NCBI GenBank assembly: GCA_051003195.1
Contig: JBPCLP010000005.1
Span: 1-64,000 of the forward strand
Direction: 5' to 3'
DNA: 64,000 bases
From: Candidatus Sumerlaeaceae bacterium
GTDB taxonomy: Bacteria > Sumerlaeota > Sumerlaeia > Sumerlaeales > Sumerlaeaceae
Of this stretch, positions 19,355 to 29,208 are shown one piece after another. The stretch's first letter is position 1; the number at the start of each line of letters is the position of its first letter. Below the pieces are notes generated by a model. The model had not been told where the DNA came from. It saw only the letters and a list, made by a program, of their open reading frames with translations, and searched no databases. A program made the translations under genes and the position numbers.

Positions 19355-21133
19355 TCAACTCGACGGCGACGCCGCTTCCATTTGCAGCTCCAGGTCGTCT
19401 TCTGCTTCATCAGGGGCCAGCGGTATTGCATCCACTGCTGGTGTTTCATCCAGGCTCTCTCCCTGCAGCGCCTGGATCTGATAGCGATACCCCTGTTCGG
19501 TCAGGAACATCGATCGCCTCTTCGCACAATCCTGATCCTTGCTGTCCTTCGTAACAACAGAGTAAAAATACGCGCTGCTGCCGTCAGACTTCGGCCGCAG
19601 GACGCGACCGAGCCTCTGCGTTTCCTCCTGTCGCGAACGATACGTTCCCGATACCTGGATTGCGACGTTCGCGTCTGGAAGATCGATTGCAAAGTTCGCG
19701 ACCTTTGAGACGATCAGCACCTTGATTTTGCCCTCTTTAAAATCCCCGTAAATCGCTTCACGCTCCTGGTTGGGCGTTGCGCCAGTGATAATGGGTGCAT
19801 CCGTCATTTGCTGAATCTGGTCGAGCTGGCCCAGATACTGCCCGATTACCAGCACCCGGTCATTTGAATGCCGCTTCAGCAATTGCTCCACAATCTTGAG
19901 CTTCGCCGGGTTCTCCATCGACAGCCTGTACTTGGCGCGCAACTCGGCAACCGCGTACTCGAGCTTCAGCTCCTCGCACATGGGTACCCGGATCTCGGTA
20001 CAGATGGCTTCCGCGATCCATCCCTGGCGTTCCAGCTCTTTCCATGGCTTGTCGAATTTCTTCGGCCCGATCAGCGAGAAAACATCGTCTTCCTTATTAT
20101 CCTCGCGTACCAGGGTCGCAGTCAGTCCAAGTCGTCGCCGCGCCTGGATTTCCGCGACCGCGCGAAACACCGGTGCGGGCAACATATGCACTTCATCATA
20201 TATAATGAGACCCCAGTTGTGCTTCTGGAACAGGTCCATATGCGCGAATTCGTCGCTCTTGCGCTTCTTGTAGGTTAAAATCTGGTAAGTTGTAACGGTG
20301 ACGGGTTTCACATCCTTCAGTTCACCGCTGTATTCACCAATCTGGTCTTCCCGCAGAGTCGTCTTGTCGAGAATCTCGCTCTTCCATTGACGAAGTGCGG
20401 TAATGTTCGTCGTCAAAATCAGCGTGTTCTGCTGCACCTTGGACATGCATCCCATGCCAATGACCGTCTTACCGGCTCCGCAGGGTAGAACAAGTACACC
20501 ACTACCCCCGTGCGAAGCTCCCCCGGCGTAAAACAATTCAATCGATTCCTGCTGATACTCCCGCACAGAAAACGGGCGTCCGCGTAACGTTACGTCACGA
20601 AACTGGATCTCAAGGTGATCCCCGTCCACATAGCCGGCAAGATCCTCTACCGGAAAACCGAGCTTGATCAGCGCCTGCTTGATCCGTCCGCGAGTCCCCT
20701 GTCGAATGAGGATTTCATTATTAGAAACAAGTTCACCGAGGAAAGGGCGCGTCTGTGAAGAAACCTGGATTTCCTTAAATGCAAACTGGTCGGTGCAGCG
20801 AAGCATCAGGCTGCCGTCTTCGCGCTTGATAAGCTGCAGCTTTCCGAAACGCGCCATCAGCTCCCGGATCTCGGTGAACACATTCGGCGGGACGTCGTAT
20901 TTCGCCAGCCGCGCCAGCCCCTCCTGGATCTGCAACGCCTTCAGTCCGGCAGACGCAGCATTCCAAAGCGACAGAGGCGTAAGGGTATAGGTATGAAGGT
21001 ACTCGGGACTTTTCGTGAGTTCGGCGAACTGGTTCAGAAAGGCGCGGGCTTCCTCATAGAGAGGACCCATCGTCTCCAGCAGAATACTCATATCTGACTG
21101 GACGATAACCGGATTCTGAGGATTGTACGGCAT
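19355..21133 (-). CDS. XPB/Rad25 (Ssl2)-like SF2 DNA repair helicase
   Basis: PVIVQSDMSILLE, SPEYLHTYTLTPLSLWNA, LPCGAGKT, YDEVH, GLTAT, QRLGRVLRPK. Start set at ATG 21133 (MPYNPQNP). Confidence 0.93.
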   Translation of the reverse strand: MPYNPQNPVIVQSDMSILLETMGPLYEEARAFLNQFAELTKSPEYLHTYTLTPLSLWNAASAGLKALQIQEGLARLAKYDVPPNVFTEIRELMARFGKLQLIKREDGSLMLRCTDQFAFKEIQVSSQTRPFLGELVSNNEILIRQGTRGRIKQALIKLGFPVEDLAGYVDGDHLEIQFRDVTLRGRPFSVREYQQESIELFYAGGASHGGSGVLVLPCGAGKTVIGMGCMSKVQQNTLILTTNITALRQWKSEILDKTTLREDQIGEYSGELKDVKPVTVTTYQILTYKKRKSDEFAHMDLFQKHNWGLIIYDEVHMLPAPVFRAVAEIQARRRLGLTATLVREDNKEDDVFSLIGPKKFDKPWKELERQGWIAEAICTEIRVPMCEELKLEYAVAELRAKYRLSMENPAKLKIVEQLLKRHSNDRVLVIGQYLGQLDQIQQMTDAPIITGATPNQEREAIYGDFKEGKIKVLIVSKVANFAIDLPDANVAIQVSGTYRSRQEETQRLGRVLRPKSDGSSAYFYSVVTKDSKDQDCAKRRSMFLTEQGYRYQIQALQGESLDETPAVDAIPLAPDEAEDDLELQMEAASPSS

Positions 21134-21419
21134 TGAACTCCTGTCTCTCCAGTGGCCTGCGTGGTCCCGGCCATTCTCCTTACTAAGTTTTACAGCCATT
21201 GAAAAGGCTACAACAGGTGAATCGGGCGCATCAAATCGCCAGAAGTACGCCAGCACTCTGGCCACTGATTCAACTGCGGTTCACAGTCAATTTCCTCCCA
21301 ACTGCACCTCCAAAAGCATCTATCATTAATGCCTGAGCCCGGATGTCAAATGTCTTGTGTGCAAAACCAGCAAAATAAACCACTTGCGCCAGTCTCAACT
21401 CGACAGGTTAATTTTCCAA

Positions 21420-22001
21420 ATGCCGCGCCCGGTCTACGCCGCCTTAATTCACTACCCGGTTGTCGACAAACATGGGCATTTAGTCTCAACCTCTATCACA
21501 AACCTCGACATTCATGACATCAGCCGCAGCGCTCGAACCTATGGGCTGGCGGCCTATTATCTGGTAACCCCGATAGAAGCGCAGCACTGGCTCACCCGTC
21601 GAATTCTTGAGCACTGGGAAACGGGGTGGGGTTCAACCTATAACCCGAACCGGACAGACGCCTTGAGCGTAACCCGACTTGCCACGGATCTGGGTGCGCT
21701 GATGACACACATCCGTGAGGAAACGGGCAGTTCGCCGCTTCTTATTGGAACCTCAGCTCGTCGTTACCCCAGCAGTACCAGCTTCCCCGAAGTCCGAGCT
21801 GTCCTGAGCAGCGCCGGGCCTCCCGTTTGCCTGCTTTTCGGTACGGGATGGGGTTTGCACCCGGAGATGATTCTTGAATGCGACCTTGTGCTGGAACCCA
21901 TTAGCGGATTATCGGACTTTAATCATCTCTCCGTTCGGGCAGCCGCGGCGATTATATTTGACCGCTTATTGGCGGCCAGTTCCAAGGAGGATTCTGCATG
22001 A
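21420..22001 (+). CDS. SPOUT-type RNA methyltransferase (stand-alone form of the domain often fused to TrmD)
   Basis: ALIHYPV, TNLDIHDISRSARTYG, LLFGTGWGL, LEPI...FNHLSVRAAAAIIFDRL. Confidence 0.88.
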   Translation: MPRPVYAALIHYPVVDKHGHLVSTSITNLDIHDISRSARTYGLAAYYLVTPIEAQHWLTRRILEHWETGWGSTYNPNRTDALSVTRLATDLGALMTHIREETGSSPLLIGTSARRYPSSTSFPEVRAVLSSAGPPVCLLFGTGWGLHPEMILECDLVLEPISGLSDFNHLSVRAAAAIIFDRLLAASSKEDSA

Positions 22002-22055
22002 TTGTTCACCGAGGGAATACTTAGATTCACATCCTATGCGAATAGTGAAGGTTCC

Positions 22056-23546
22056 ATGCTCAAGCTCCCGCTGAAACGTTTCCCGCTCCTGCTTGTGTGT
22101 AGTCTATCCACGCTCGCTGCTCAGAGTCAAACCGCCGCCACCCCTTCACCCACGACAGCAGCCGCCGAACCTGAAAAGGTTCAGACGCGCGAAGAGCGCA
22201 TCAAGCAGCACCACGAACGCATCGAGAAGATCATCCAGGAAAACCGCAAGAAAACCGAAGACCAGCAGAAAGCTGCGGCTGCATCGATGGCGGCGGCAAC
22301 CGGCGGCACCACCGCATCGGCAAGCGCACCGGCAGGCGGCCCGCTACCCACCGGGCCGATTCAGCCGGCCACCATGGCACCGCCCATCCAGCAGGCGCAG
22401 AAGCAGCCCCAGTCCCAGTCTCCTCAGGCCGCGCGAAGTGAATCCCGCACGATCCTTATGTTCGATCCGATGGATAGCGTCGTCAACATAGGCGACACTT
22501 TTGCAACGAATGTCATCGCAGAGACAAAGACCGGCACCGTGGATTCGGTCTCGATTCTGCTGCGCTACTCGAAGCAGCTTCTAAACCCTTTGGCGCTGGA
22601 CCATCGAGCGATCGACCCGTTGGTCGACGGCGAAGTTCAGTACTCTTTCGATCCTGACGCCGGCGAGATTTATTTCACCGCGCCGCTGAAAGAACCCACC
22701 CGGTTTGCGCTGACACCCCTCATCAAGATTGTCTGGGAGGCGCTTGAAGCAACGGACGGCACTACGATCGGCTTTGGGTTTGACCCACAGCGTCCCAGCG
22801 GGCTGTTCTTTAAGAACAACAACCTGCTCGGCACCGTCCCTAACGCAAATGACGGCGTGATAAAAGCCACTGTGATGGTGCGTTCACCCAAGGCAAAAAC
22901 AATGGTATCGAAAGTAGGTGAGAGCGGACTGATCATCAGCTCTCGTGAGTCGCAACCCGCTCCTCCCATCATGCAGTTGCAGTTGGAACCCTCAGTAATT
23001 GCTGTCATGGAAGGCGAAGAGTTCAAAGTCAAAGTCATCCTGCAGAATCAAAGCGGGGCGCCGCTGGATCGGCTCCGCATACTTGCTCGTTTCAACCCGG
23101 AGGAACTTGAAGTTGTCGACGCGGACCGAGGCAATCGAATCCGCAGCGGTGTGAATATCGAGGAGGGATTCGCATCGGAGAAGTTTCCGTTCGATTTTGC
23201 GAAGTACAACCGCGCGGACAATGCCGCGGGACTGATAACTTACGATGTGGCCTCCGAAATCACACCCGTTCGCGGCAACGGCACCTTTGCAGTTATCCGT
23301 TTCCGGGCTAAGCGTACCACCGGCCATACTGAGATTTCCCTGCTAAAAGGCGCGGACTCGACCGACGTCAGTTACCTGCACCAGACAATGCTGGCCCCGT
23401 CCATGAAACACGGTAATGTTCTGGCCAGCGTGGGTGTTCGTGTGGATCGCGATCCTGATGCCTCAAAGCGTACTTCCGTTGCTGCCAAACGCACCGAGAC
23501 CAGCCCGTTTAGAAGCAGGCTAGGCACTACTTTTCACACCGACTAG
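22056..23546 (+). CDS. Secreted protein with two cohesin-like domains
   Basis: Signal peptide, coiled coil and Q/P/A-rich linker, then two beta-rich units (VNIGDTFATNV...LRYSKQLL; VMEGEEFKVKVIL...FNPEELEVVD...FAVIRFRAK) fitting the cohesin pattern. Confidence 0.65.
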   Translation: MLKLPLKRFPLLLVCSLSTLAAQSQTAATPSPTTAAAEPEKVQTREERIKQHHERIEKIIQENRKKTEDQQKAAAASMAAATGGTTASASAPAGGPLPTGPIQPATMAPPIQQAQKQPQSQSPQAARSESRTILMFDPMDSVVNIGDTFATNVIAETKTGTVDSVSILLRYSKQLLNPLALDHRAIDPLVDGEVQYSFDPDAGEIYFTAPLKEPTRFALTPLIKIVWEALEATDGTTIGFGFDPQRPSGLFFKNNNLLGTVPNANDGVIKATVMVRSPKAKTMVSKVGESGLIISSRESQPAPPIMQLQLEPSVIAVMEGEEFKVKVILQNQSGAPLDRLRILARFNPEELEVVDADRGNRIRSGVNIEEGFASEKFPFDFAKYNRADNAAGLITYDVASEITPVRGNGTFAVIRFRAKRTTGHTEISLLKGADSTDVSYLHQTMLAPSMKHGNVLASVGVRVDRDPDASKRTSVAAKRTETSPFRSRLGTTFHTD

Positions 23547-23552
23547 GGCAAA

Positions 23553-23568
23553 TGGCCTGAGTTTTGCA
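23553..23568 (+). promoter_or_regulatory. Putative sigma-54 (-24/-12) promoter
   Basis: TGGCCTGAGTTTTGCA with GG-N10-GC spacing, 35 nt upstream of ATG 23603. Confidence 0.65.
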
Positions 23569-23602
23569 CCAACCAAGCTTACGCCTCCCAAAGGAGCATT
23601 GA

Positions 23603-23905
23603 ATGTACCGCGTTAAACTATTAGCTGCCCTCGCCCTGAGTGTGCCTGCTGCCGCTTTTGCACTGGGTGAAGCAGTGGATGTGCACAAGACGTTCCCCTA
23701 CTACTACACCGGCTACTACCAGTATGGCAGCAGCCCGTATGTCGTTGTTCCTAACTTCCGGACCTCGGACACGAACTTCGCCACCATGTCCTCACCCTAT
23801 TACTACCGAAACACTGGTTCAGGCTTCTATAGCAGCCCTGTAACCCGGCGCCCGTGGAGTTTTGGATTTCTCAGTGACGGCTATCATGGTACGTATTACT
23901 TTTAA
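23603..23905 (+). CDS. Small secreted Tyr-rich protein
   Basis: AAGGAG SD, signal peptide ending AFA, 15 Tyr in 100 aa. Confidence 0.8.
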   Translation: MYRVKLLAALALSVPAAAFALGEAVDVHKTFPYYYTGYYQYGSSPYVVVPNFRTSDTNFATMSSPYYYRNTGSGFYSSPVTRRPWSFGFLSDGYHGTYYF

Positions 23906-24002
23906 TGCACCTTGGAGCGGAACCAGGAGACTTCACTCTGCAGTTGAATTCCCCGCTTTGAGTCTTGACGAACATTAACATTCTAACTGGGCAAAGGTTC
24001 TC

Positions 24003-24287
24003 ATGCTCTTACGCACGATCATAGCAATCTTACTGCTTACCACTTGCTCCACTACTTTTCCGCAGGCGTACGGCGGATTCAATTACGACTATGCCCGGCA
24101 GTACCAGGGCTTCCGCCGTTATTATAATTACCCCTACTACTACTCATGGGGACCGCGTTATGATCCGTACTGGTCGTACAATTCCAGCTATTTCCCGTAC
24201 CAGTACCACAACGACGGCTCCTATTACGGCCTCGGCTACAGCGGCTACGCGGGCGACGGCTGGTACGGCAGCTACTGGTATTGGTAA
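24003..24287 (+). CDS. Small secreted Tyr/Gly-rich low-complexity protein
   Basis: Hydrophobic signal peptide, 23 Tyr in about 74 mature residues, strong TAC codon use. Confidence 0.8.
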   Translation: MLLRTIIAILLLTTCSTTFPQAYGGFNYDYARQYQGFRRYYNYPYYYSWGPRYDPYWSYNSSYFPYQYHNDGSYYGLGYSGYAGDGWYGSYWYW

Positions 24288-24305
24288 TACGCTTCCGTCA
24301 GCGCA

Positions 24306-25268
24306 TCAGGCCCACCACATACCACCGCGTTCTTCTTTAAGCAAAATCGGCTGCAAAAACTCAATCGCCTTAGACAATCCCTCATTCACACTCATCATGC
24401 TGTCTTCATGCTCGATGGAAATTGCATCGTCATAACCGACCATACGTAGCGTGCTCACAAAATTTCTCCAGAACAGTTCGTCGTGCCCGAATCCAACTGT
24501 GCGGAATACCCACGAGCGTTGCAGTTCCTTGGAATAATGTTTCGTATCGAGCACGCCGTTGCGCGACGTGTTAATCGGGTCAATGTTTACGTCTTTAGCA
24601 TGCACGTGAAAGATTGCCTCACCGAGTTCGCGAATGGCCGCGATGGGATCCATGCCCTGCCACCAGAGGTGACTTGGGTCGAAGTTTGCCCCGATGTTAT
24701 CGCCGGCAGCCGCACGCAGTCGTAGAAGCGTTTCCGGATTATAAGCAACAAATCCCGGGTGCATTTCGAGACCGATATTCACCCCATGCTCGCGCGCAAA
24801 TTTGGACTCAGCCTGCCAGAACGGGATCACCTTTTCGTTCCATTGCCAGTCGAGAATCGTCAGGAAATCATCTGGCCATGGACAGGTCACCCAGTTTGGT
24901 GTTTTGTCACCGGGGCCGCCCCCCGGGCAGCCGCTGAACGTGTTTATGCGGCCGATACCCAGTTCAGCCGCCAGGCGAATGGTCAGCCGCTGCGTCTCAG
25001 CGTGAGCCTTCGCGAATGCATCGTCCGGGTGAATTGGATTTGCATGGCAGGAAAGTGCCGAAATGCGAATTCCGCGCTTTTCGAACTGCTGCATGAACTC
25101 CTTCTGGAGCTGCTTGTTGCCGACCAGCTCGGCCGTCTTACAGTGGGGATCCCCCGGATAACAACCGGTTCCGACTTCTACCGTGTCGAGCCCAAGCTTC
25201 TGCACATAATCTAACGCTGTCTCCAGCGACTGGTTTCCAAAAAGCGCGAGAAAAACTCCAAGGCGCAT
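24306..25268 (-). CDS. Sugar phosphate isomerase/epimerase (xylose isomerase-like TIM barrel)
   Basis: LEMHPG, NFDPSH, HVHAKD, SIEHED metal-binding motifs. Start ATG 25268 preceded by GGAGG. Confidence 0.9.
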   Translation of the reverse strand: MRLGVFLALFGNQSLETALDYVQKLGLDTVEVGTGCYPGDPHCKTAELVGNKQLQKEFMQQFEKRGIRISALSCHANPIHPDDAFAKAHAETQRLTIRLAAELGIGRINTFSGCPGGGPGDKTPNWVTCPWPDDFLTILDWQWNEKVIPFWQAESKFAREHGVNIGLEMHPGFVAYNPETLLRLRAAAGDNIGANFDPSHLWWQGMDPIAAIRELGEAIFHVHAKDVNIDPINTSRNGVLDTKHYSKELQRSWVFRTVGFGHDELFWRNFVSTLRMVGYDDAISIEHEDSMMSVNEGLSKAIEFLQPILLKEERGGMWWA

Positions 25269-25413
25269 CCGATCCTCCTGAACGTGGCTGAACTGAACTG
25301 CCTCAAAGAAGTGTCGCCTAAATCCAGAAGCAAATTGAAAAGATGGCAGGCGGCGAGCCTGACAGCACATTTTTCTAGCGTACGCGGGTCGGCAAACTTA
25401 GTGCCTGCATCTT

Positions 25414-27363
25414 ATGCGCAGGTTCCTGATAGTCTTTCACGCTGCCGCAATCTTCGTGCTCGCTGCAGGATTGCGCGCCTGGAGCATGCGATCCGAAGCA
25501 CCTGGGTTTGCGGAGATGATGGGCAGTCTGATTGCGCTGCGCAAACCATCCGACTACCTTTCACTCCCGTACACAGACCTTTGTCCGCCTTTGTATTATC
25601 TGCTCCTGCACCCCCTGGCAGCCATCAGCAAATCCATCGATATGCTGCGAATTCCAGCCCTGCTCGGCGGAAGCATGGGCTGCGTCGCCATTTATTTCGC
25701 CGGGCGTTATTTGTATGGAGCTGCTGCCGGGCTCCTGGCCGGCTATCTGCTCGCTCTCCATCCGCTCCATATTTTTTACTCGCAGGAAGCGCAGCCTCTT
25801 GCGCTGTTCAGCGCGGTTTTGGTCGTCGCTTTCGTCTACATGATACGAAGCGCCGAGTCCAACCGCTGGCGCGATTGGCTCATCTACGACCTGTGCCTGG
25901 CCGTTCTGTTCTATTTGCATCGTGAAGCGCTCCTGCTCATCGCAGCATTTCCGCTGCTGCAGCTTATCCGCGCAGCGTTTTATCCTCCCGTTGAAGAACA
26001 ACGCCGCATTCGGCGGCCAATGCTGATCCAGGCAATTCTACTCAACCACCTGTTGGTCGGGGCAGTAGCGTTGCCCTGGCTGTCCGTCATGCCGTCAAGG
26101 CTGCCATGGCCGCTGCAGCGTCCGGGTATCTACGAACTGCTGCGTATTTTCTCCCACTATGATATGCGAGGCATGAGTGGCTTTTACGTTCCTTATTCCA
26201 CCGCGTTCAGTGTCGCCATTTACCTGCTGTTTCTTCCGCCACTGATTCGCGTAATGCGACGCGGCGATTTTCGAGCATTGTCGCCAATCGCTGCGCTTGC
26301 GACAGCTCTCCTGATTCCCTACGTATACAGCTTGTTTAAAACGCCGCGCTTTGTCGCGAACGAGCAGGCGCTGCTCACGCTCCCATTCTTTGTGCTCGCT
26401 GCTGCGCTGCTGATCTCCCGATGCAATCCCCTCGTTCGCACAATCTTGTTCGCGGTACTCGGCGGGATTTTTCTGACCGCCACTATCCGGCAGGCAATTA
26501 CGCTCCAGAAAACTTCCTGGACCGCGATGCGAAACGAAATCATCAAGGCAGCCCCACGCGAGCACGACCTCGCCGTTTTCTGGCCAGATTTTACCGCGCA
26601 AATCGGGCGCTACTGGAATACTTTTTACGGCAAGAAATTCGAAAGCGCTTCAGCGACGCAGTTGCTTGATCAATATGCCACACTCCAGCCTGAAAGCCGA
26701 ATCTTTTTCGTGATCTCTCAGTTCCCGAATCGCCAGCCACATCTCTATACATTTCGTGGCGCGCTTGCACAGTATTCTAACAGTAAGCTCTTATACAAAG
26801 ACCGCTTGAACATGGTACTCCAGGCTTCGGACCTTGACCAGAAGAACCTGAGTCTCTGGTACAATGATCCGGAATCGCTCAGGGTTGTTGATCAGCCCAG
26901 CTCGCAAACGCAGTTTCTCTTCACAGCGACTGACCCTGTCTTCAAGTCACCTCAATTCGAATGGGAACGCCCCGACCTGACCTACGACTCGAAAGGTCGG
27001 CGTTGCGTGTGGACCAGGACCAGGCATGTCGATCTGAACCTCACGGTGACGCTCGCGCCGGGCTACTATGTCATACGTCTTCACTGCGCGCCCACTTTCG
27101 AGCAGCCGGAATACGACCGGGAGATTCAGCGCGTTGTGAACGTGGAAATGTTGAGCGGTGCTGATCGGCGAAAAAGCGTCGTTCAGGAAGAAACAACCCT
27201 GAAGCTTTCTACTTCCACCGACACCGAGTTGAAGCGCCTGCACCTGAGCATCGACACCGACCCGATGGTAACCGTTCCCGCGCCGGCCCCCGGCAAATAC
27301 GGGCTGAAGATTTACTCGATAGCCATAGACCAGGCAGAAAACGCCGAGGCTGGCAGGATTTAG
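25414..27363 (+). CDS. GT-C fold membrane glycosyltransferase (GT39/ArnT-like) with C-terminal soluble domain
   Basis: D-x-x-PPLYY, LRIPALL, HIFYSQEAQP motifs and about 11 TM segments. Confidence 0.8.
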   Translation: MRRFLIVFHAAAIFVLAAGLRAWSMRSEAPGFAEMMGSLIALRKPSDYLSLPYTDLCPPLYYLLLHPLAAISKSIDMLRIPALLGGSMGCVAIYFAGRYLYGAAAGLLAGYLLALHPLHIFYSQEAQPLALFSAVLVVAFVYMIRSAESNRWRDWLIYDLCLAVLFYLHREALLLIAAFPLLQLIRAAFYPPVEEQRRIRRPMLIQAILLNHLLVGAVALPWLSVMPSRLPWPLQRPGIYELLRIFSHYDMRGMSGFYVPYSTAFSVAIYLLFLPPLIRVMRRGDFRALSPIAALATALLIPYVYSLFKTPRFVANEQALLTLPFFVLAAALLISRCNPLVRTILFAVLGGIFLTATIRQAITLQKTSWTAMRNEIIKAAPREHDLAVFWPDFTAQIGRYWNTFYGKKFESASATQLLDQYATLQPESRIFFVISQFPNRQPHLYTFRGALAQYSNSKLLYKDRLNMVLQASDLDQKNLSLWYNDPESLRVVDQPSSQTQFLFTATDPVFKSPQFEWERPDLTYDSKGRRCVWTRTRHVDLNLTVTLAPGYYVIRLHCAPTFEQPEYDREIQRVVNVEMLSGADRRKSVVQEETTLKLSTSTDTELKRLHLSIDTDPMVTVPAPAPGKYGLKIYSIAIDQAENAEAGRI

Positions 27364-29072
27364 AAACCCCTCGCCTGACGATGACTGCCGCTCGTTGACG
27401 GATCCATCTCAACCGTCGAATGCAGCGGCGGTAATGTGATGGTGAACGTGGTACCGCGGCCTTCTTCGCTTTCCAGCGACATCGTGCCGCCCATGTCCTC
27501 GACGTATTTGCGAGACATGGACAGGCCCAGCCCTGTGCCCTTTGAGCCTTTTGTAGTGAAGAAGGGCTGGAAGATTTTCAACTGTTTGTCTTTTGGGATG
27601 CCTTTACCGTCGTCCTGCACTCGAATAAAAATCGTCTGCCGGACGGCATGTGTACTGATCACGATTTTGCCACCCGTACCATCGAATGCATCGACGGCAT
27701 TGCTAAGCAGGTTCATGATGGCTTTGTTAAGGCTATCCGGATCAATCCTGCGCTCCGGCAACTCCGGCGCCAACTCAACTAGCACGTCGACGCCCGGCTC
27801 TACCTGGTCCTGCCGGAACGATTGTGCCAGGTCAGTAAGAACGACGTTCACGTCGACGCTAACAAGCTCCGGCGCCGTGTGACGCGAGTAATCCAGCATC
27901 TCCTGGGTGAGGCTCTGCATCCTGTCGATCCCGCGCCTCACAACCGGCCAGAAGCTCTCGATGTCCTCGGTCGCTTTGCGTTTGATTGCGCCGTCCATCA
28001 GCTCGATGCCGCCGCGCGCCAGTTGCAGAATGTTCTTAATATTATGTGCCAGGCCGGCAATCGTCTGTCCCACCGCCGCCAGGCGCTCATTATGAATGTT
28101 CTCCTGCGCGAGCGCCAGGTTATCTAGTGTCATCGCAACCTCATTGCCCAGCGAGGAAGCAAAGTTAAGGTCATCCTCACTGAATGCACGTACCGACTCT
28201 TTCGAATCGAGAAACAGGACGCCGATGATGCTGCGTTTGGATACTAGCGGGACGCACATCGCCGAGCGCACATCGGAAGCCAGTATCGACTCGCTCGCCG
28301 CGAAACGTGAATCCACACGCACGTCACGGCTTAGAATGGCTACGCGCTCGTCCAGCGACTTCTGCACAATCGTACGGCTGATACTCAGTTCTTCACTGTA
28401 GGAAGGGTCCCGAAAGCGCACGATCAGTGGCTCGAGTTCCTCGGTGGGGCTATCGATTGTGAGGATTACTCCCCTGTCGGCAGGCAGAACTTCAAAGATA
28501 AGATCCATGACGCTGTTTACGACTTCGTCCTGGTTGGTGGCAGCGCGCAGAATGTCGCTCAGTTTGTAGAGCGTCATCAGCCGCTTGGTCATTTTCTGAA
28601 GTGCGGCGACGTCGTCACGCGACTCGGGAATTCCCGCAGTCTTAAACGGCGTCGAGTCCGTGCTGAGCTGAGTGCTCAAAATCGTGCTGGTGCCAGGTTC
28701 GTCCGTCACAATGTTCACACTGCTGGTGTGCACTTCCTGCCCGGCACGACCGGCAGCAGTGTATTCCTGCGGCTTCAGAAAAGAAAACGTAAAATCCGCA
28801 CGTCCAAGGGTGATCACATCACCCTCTTTTACAGCATAGGGATCAGTGACCCGCTCGCCATTAACGAAGGTGCCGTTACTCGAACCGACATCTTCAACAG
28901 TCCACTTTGCCCCGGCATCCTGCAGTTTCGCATGGTATCGTGAAACGGATTCCACGAGCAGCACGATGGTATTATTAGGATGGCGTCCCAGTGTAACGTT
29001 CGGCGGTGCCAGTTCGTAGAATTGCGGCTCCAGGTCAAGCTCAGCCGATGGGTATAGAAATGCTTGGCTCAT
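27360..29072 (-). CDS. FHA-GAF-histidine kinase
   Basis: FHA (LGRHPNN, SRYHA, SSNGTFVNG), GAF (SAMCVPL), H-box AHNIKN, NAVDA, DDGKGI, FFTTK, GTGLGL. Confidence 0.92.
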   Translation of the reverse strand: MSQAFLYPSAELDLEPQFYELAPPNVTLGRHPNNTIVLLVESVSRYHAKLQDAGAKWTVEDVGSSNGTFVNGERVTDPYAVKEGDVITLGRADFTFSFLKPQEYTAAGRAGQEVHTSSVNIVTDEPGTSTILSTQLSTDSTPFKTAGIPESRDDVAALQKMTKRLMTLYKLSDILRAATNQDEVVNSVMDLIFEVLPADRGVILTIDSPTEELEPLIVRFRDPSYSEELSISRTIVQKSLDERVAILSRDVRVDSRFAASESILASDVRSAMCVPLVSKRSIIGVLFLDSKESVRAFSEDDLNFASSLGNEVAMTLDNLALAQENIHNERLAAVGQTIAGLAHNIKNILQLARGGIELMDGAIKRKATEDIESFWPVVRRGIDRMQSLTQEMLDYSRHTAPELVSVDVNVVLTDLAQSFRQDQVEPGVDVLVELAPELPERRIDPDSLNKAIMNLLSNAVDAFDGTGGKIVISTHAVRQTIFIRVQDDGKGIPKDKQLKIFQPFFTTKGSKGTGLGLSMSRKYVEDMGGTMSLESEEGRGTTFTITLPPLHSTVEMDPSTSGSHRQARGF

Positions 29073-29145
29073 GCGCTTTAATCATGATCGTTATCATGCG
29101 CAAGCTGTCTAGCAACAGATTTCCTGCGCGGTTGCCGGCATGGTT

Positions 29146-29161
29146 TGGCACGCTCGTTGCA
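29146..29161 (+). promoter_or_regulatory. Sigma-54 (-24/-12) promoter
   Basis: TGGCACGCTCGTTGCA matches the consensus TGGCACG-N4-TTGC exactly, 48 nt upstream of ATG 29209. Confidence 0.8.
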
Positions 29162-29208
29162 CCCATCTCCTCTCAGTTCATTGCTGTAACTAATTCTGGA
29201 GGTGAATT

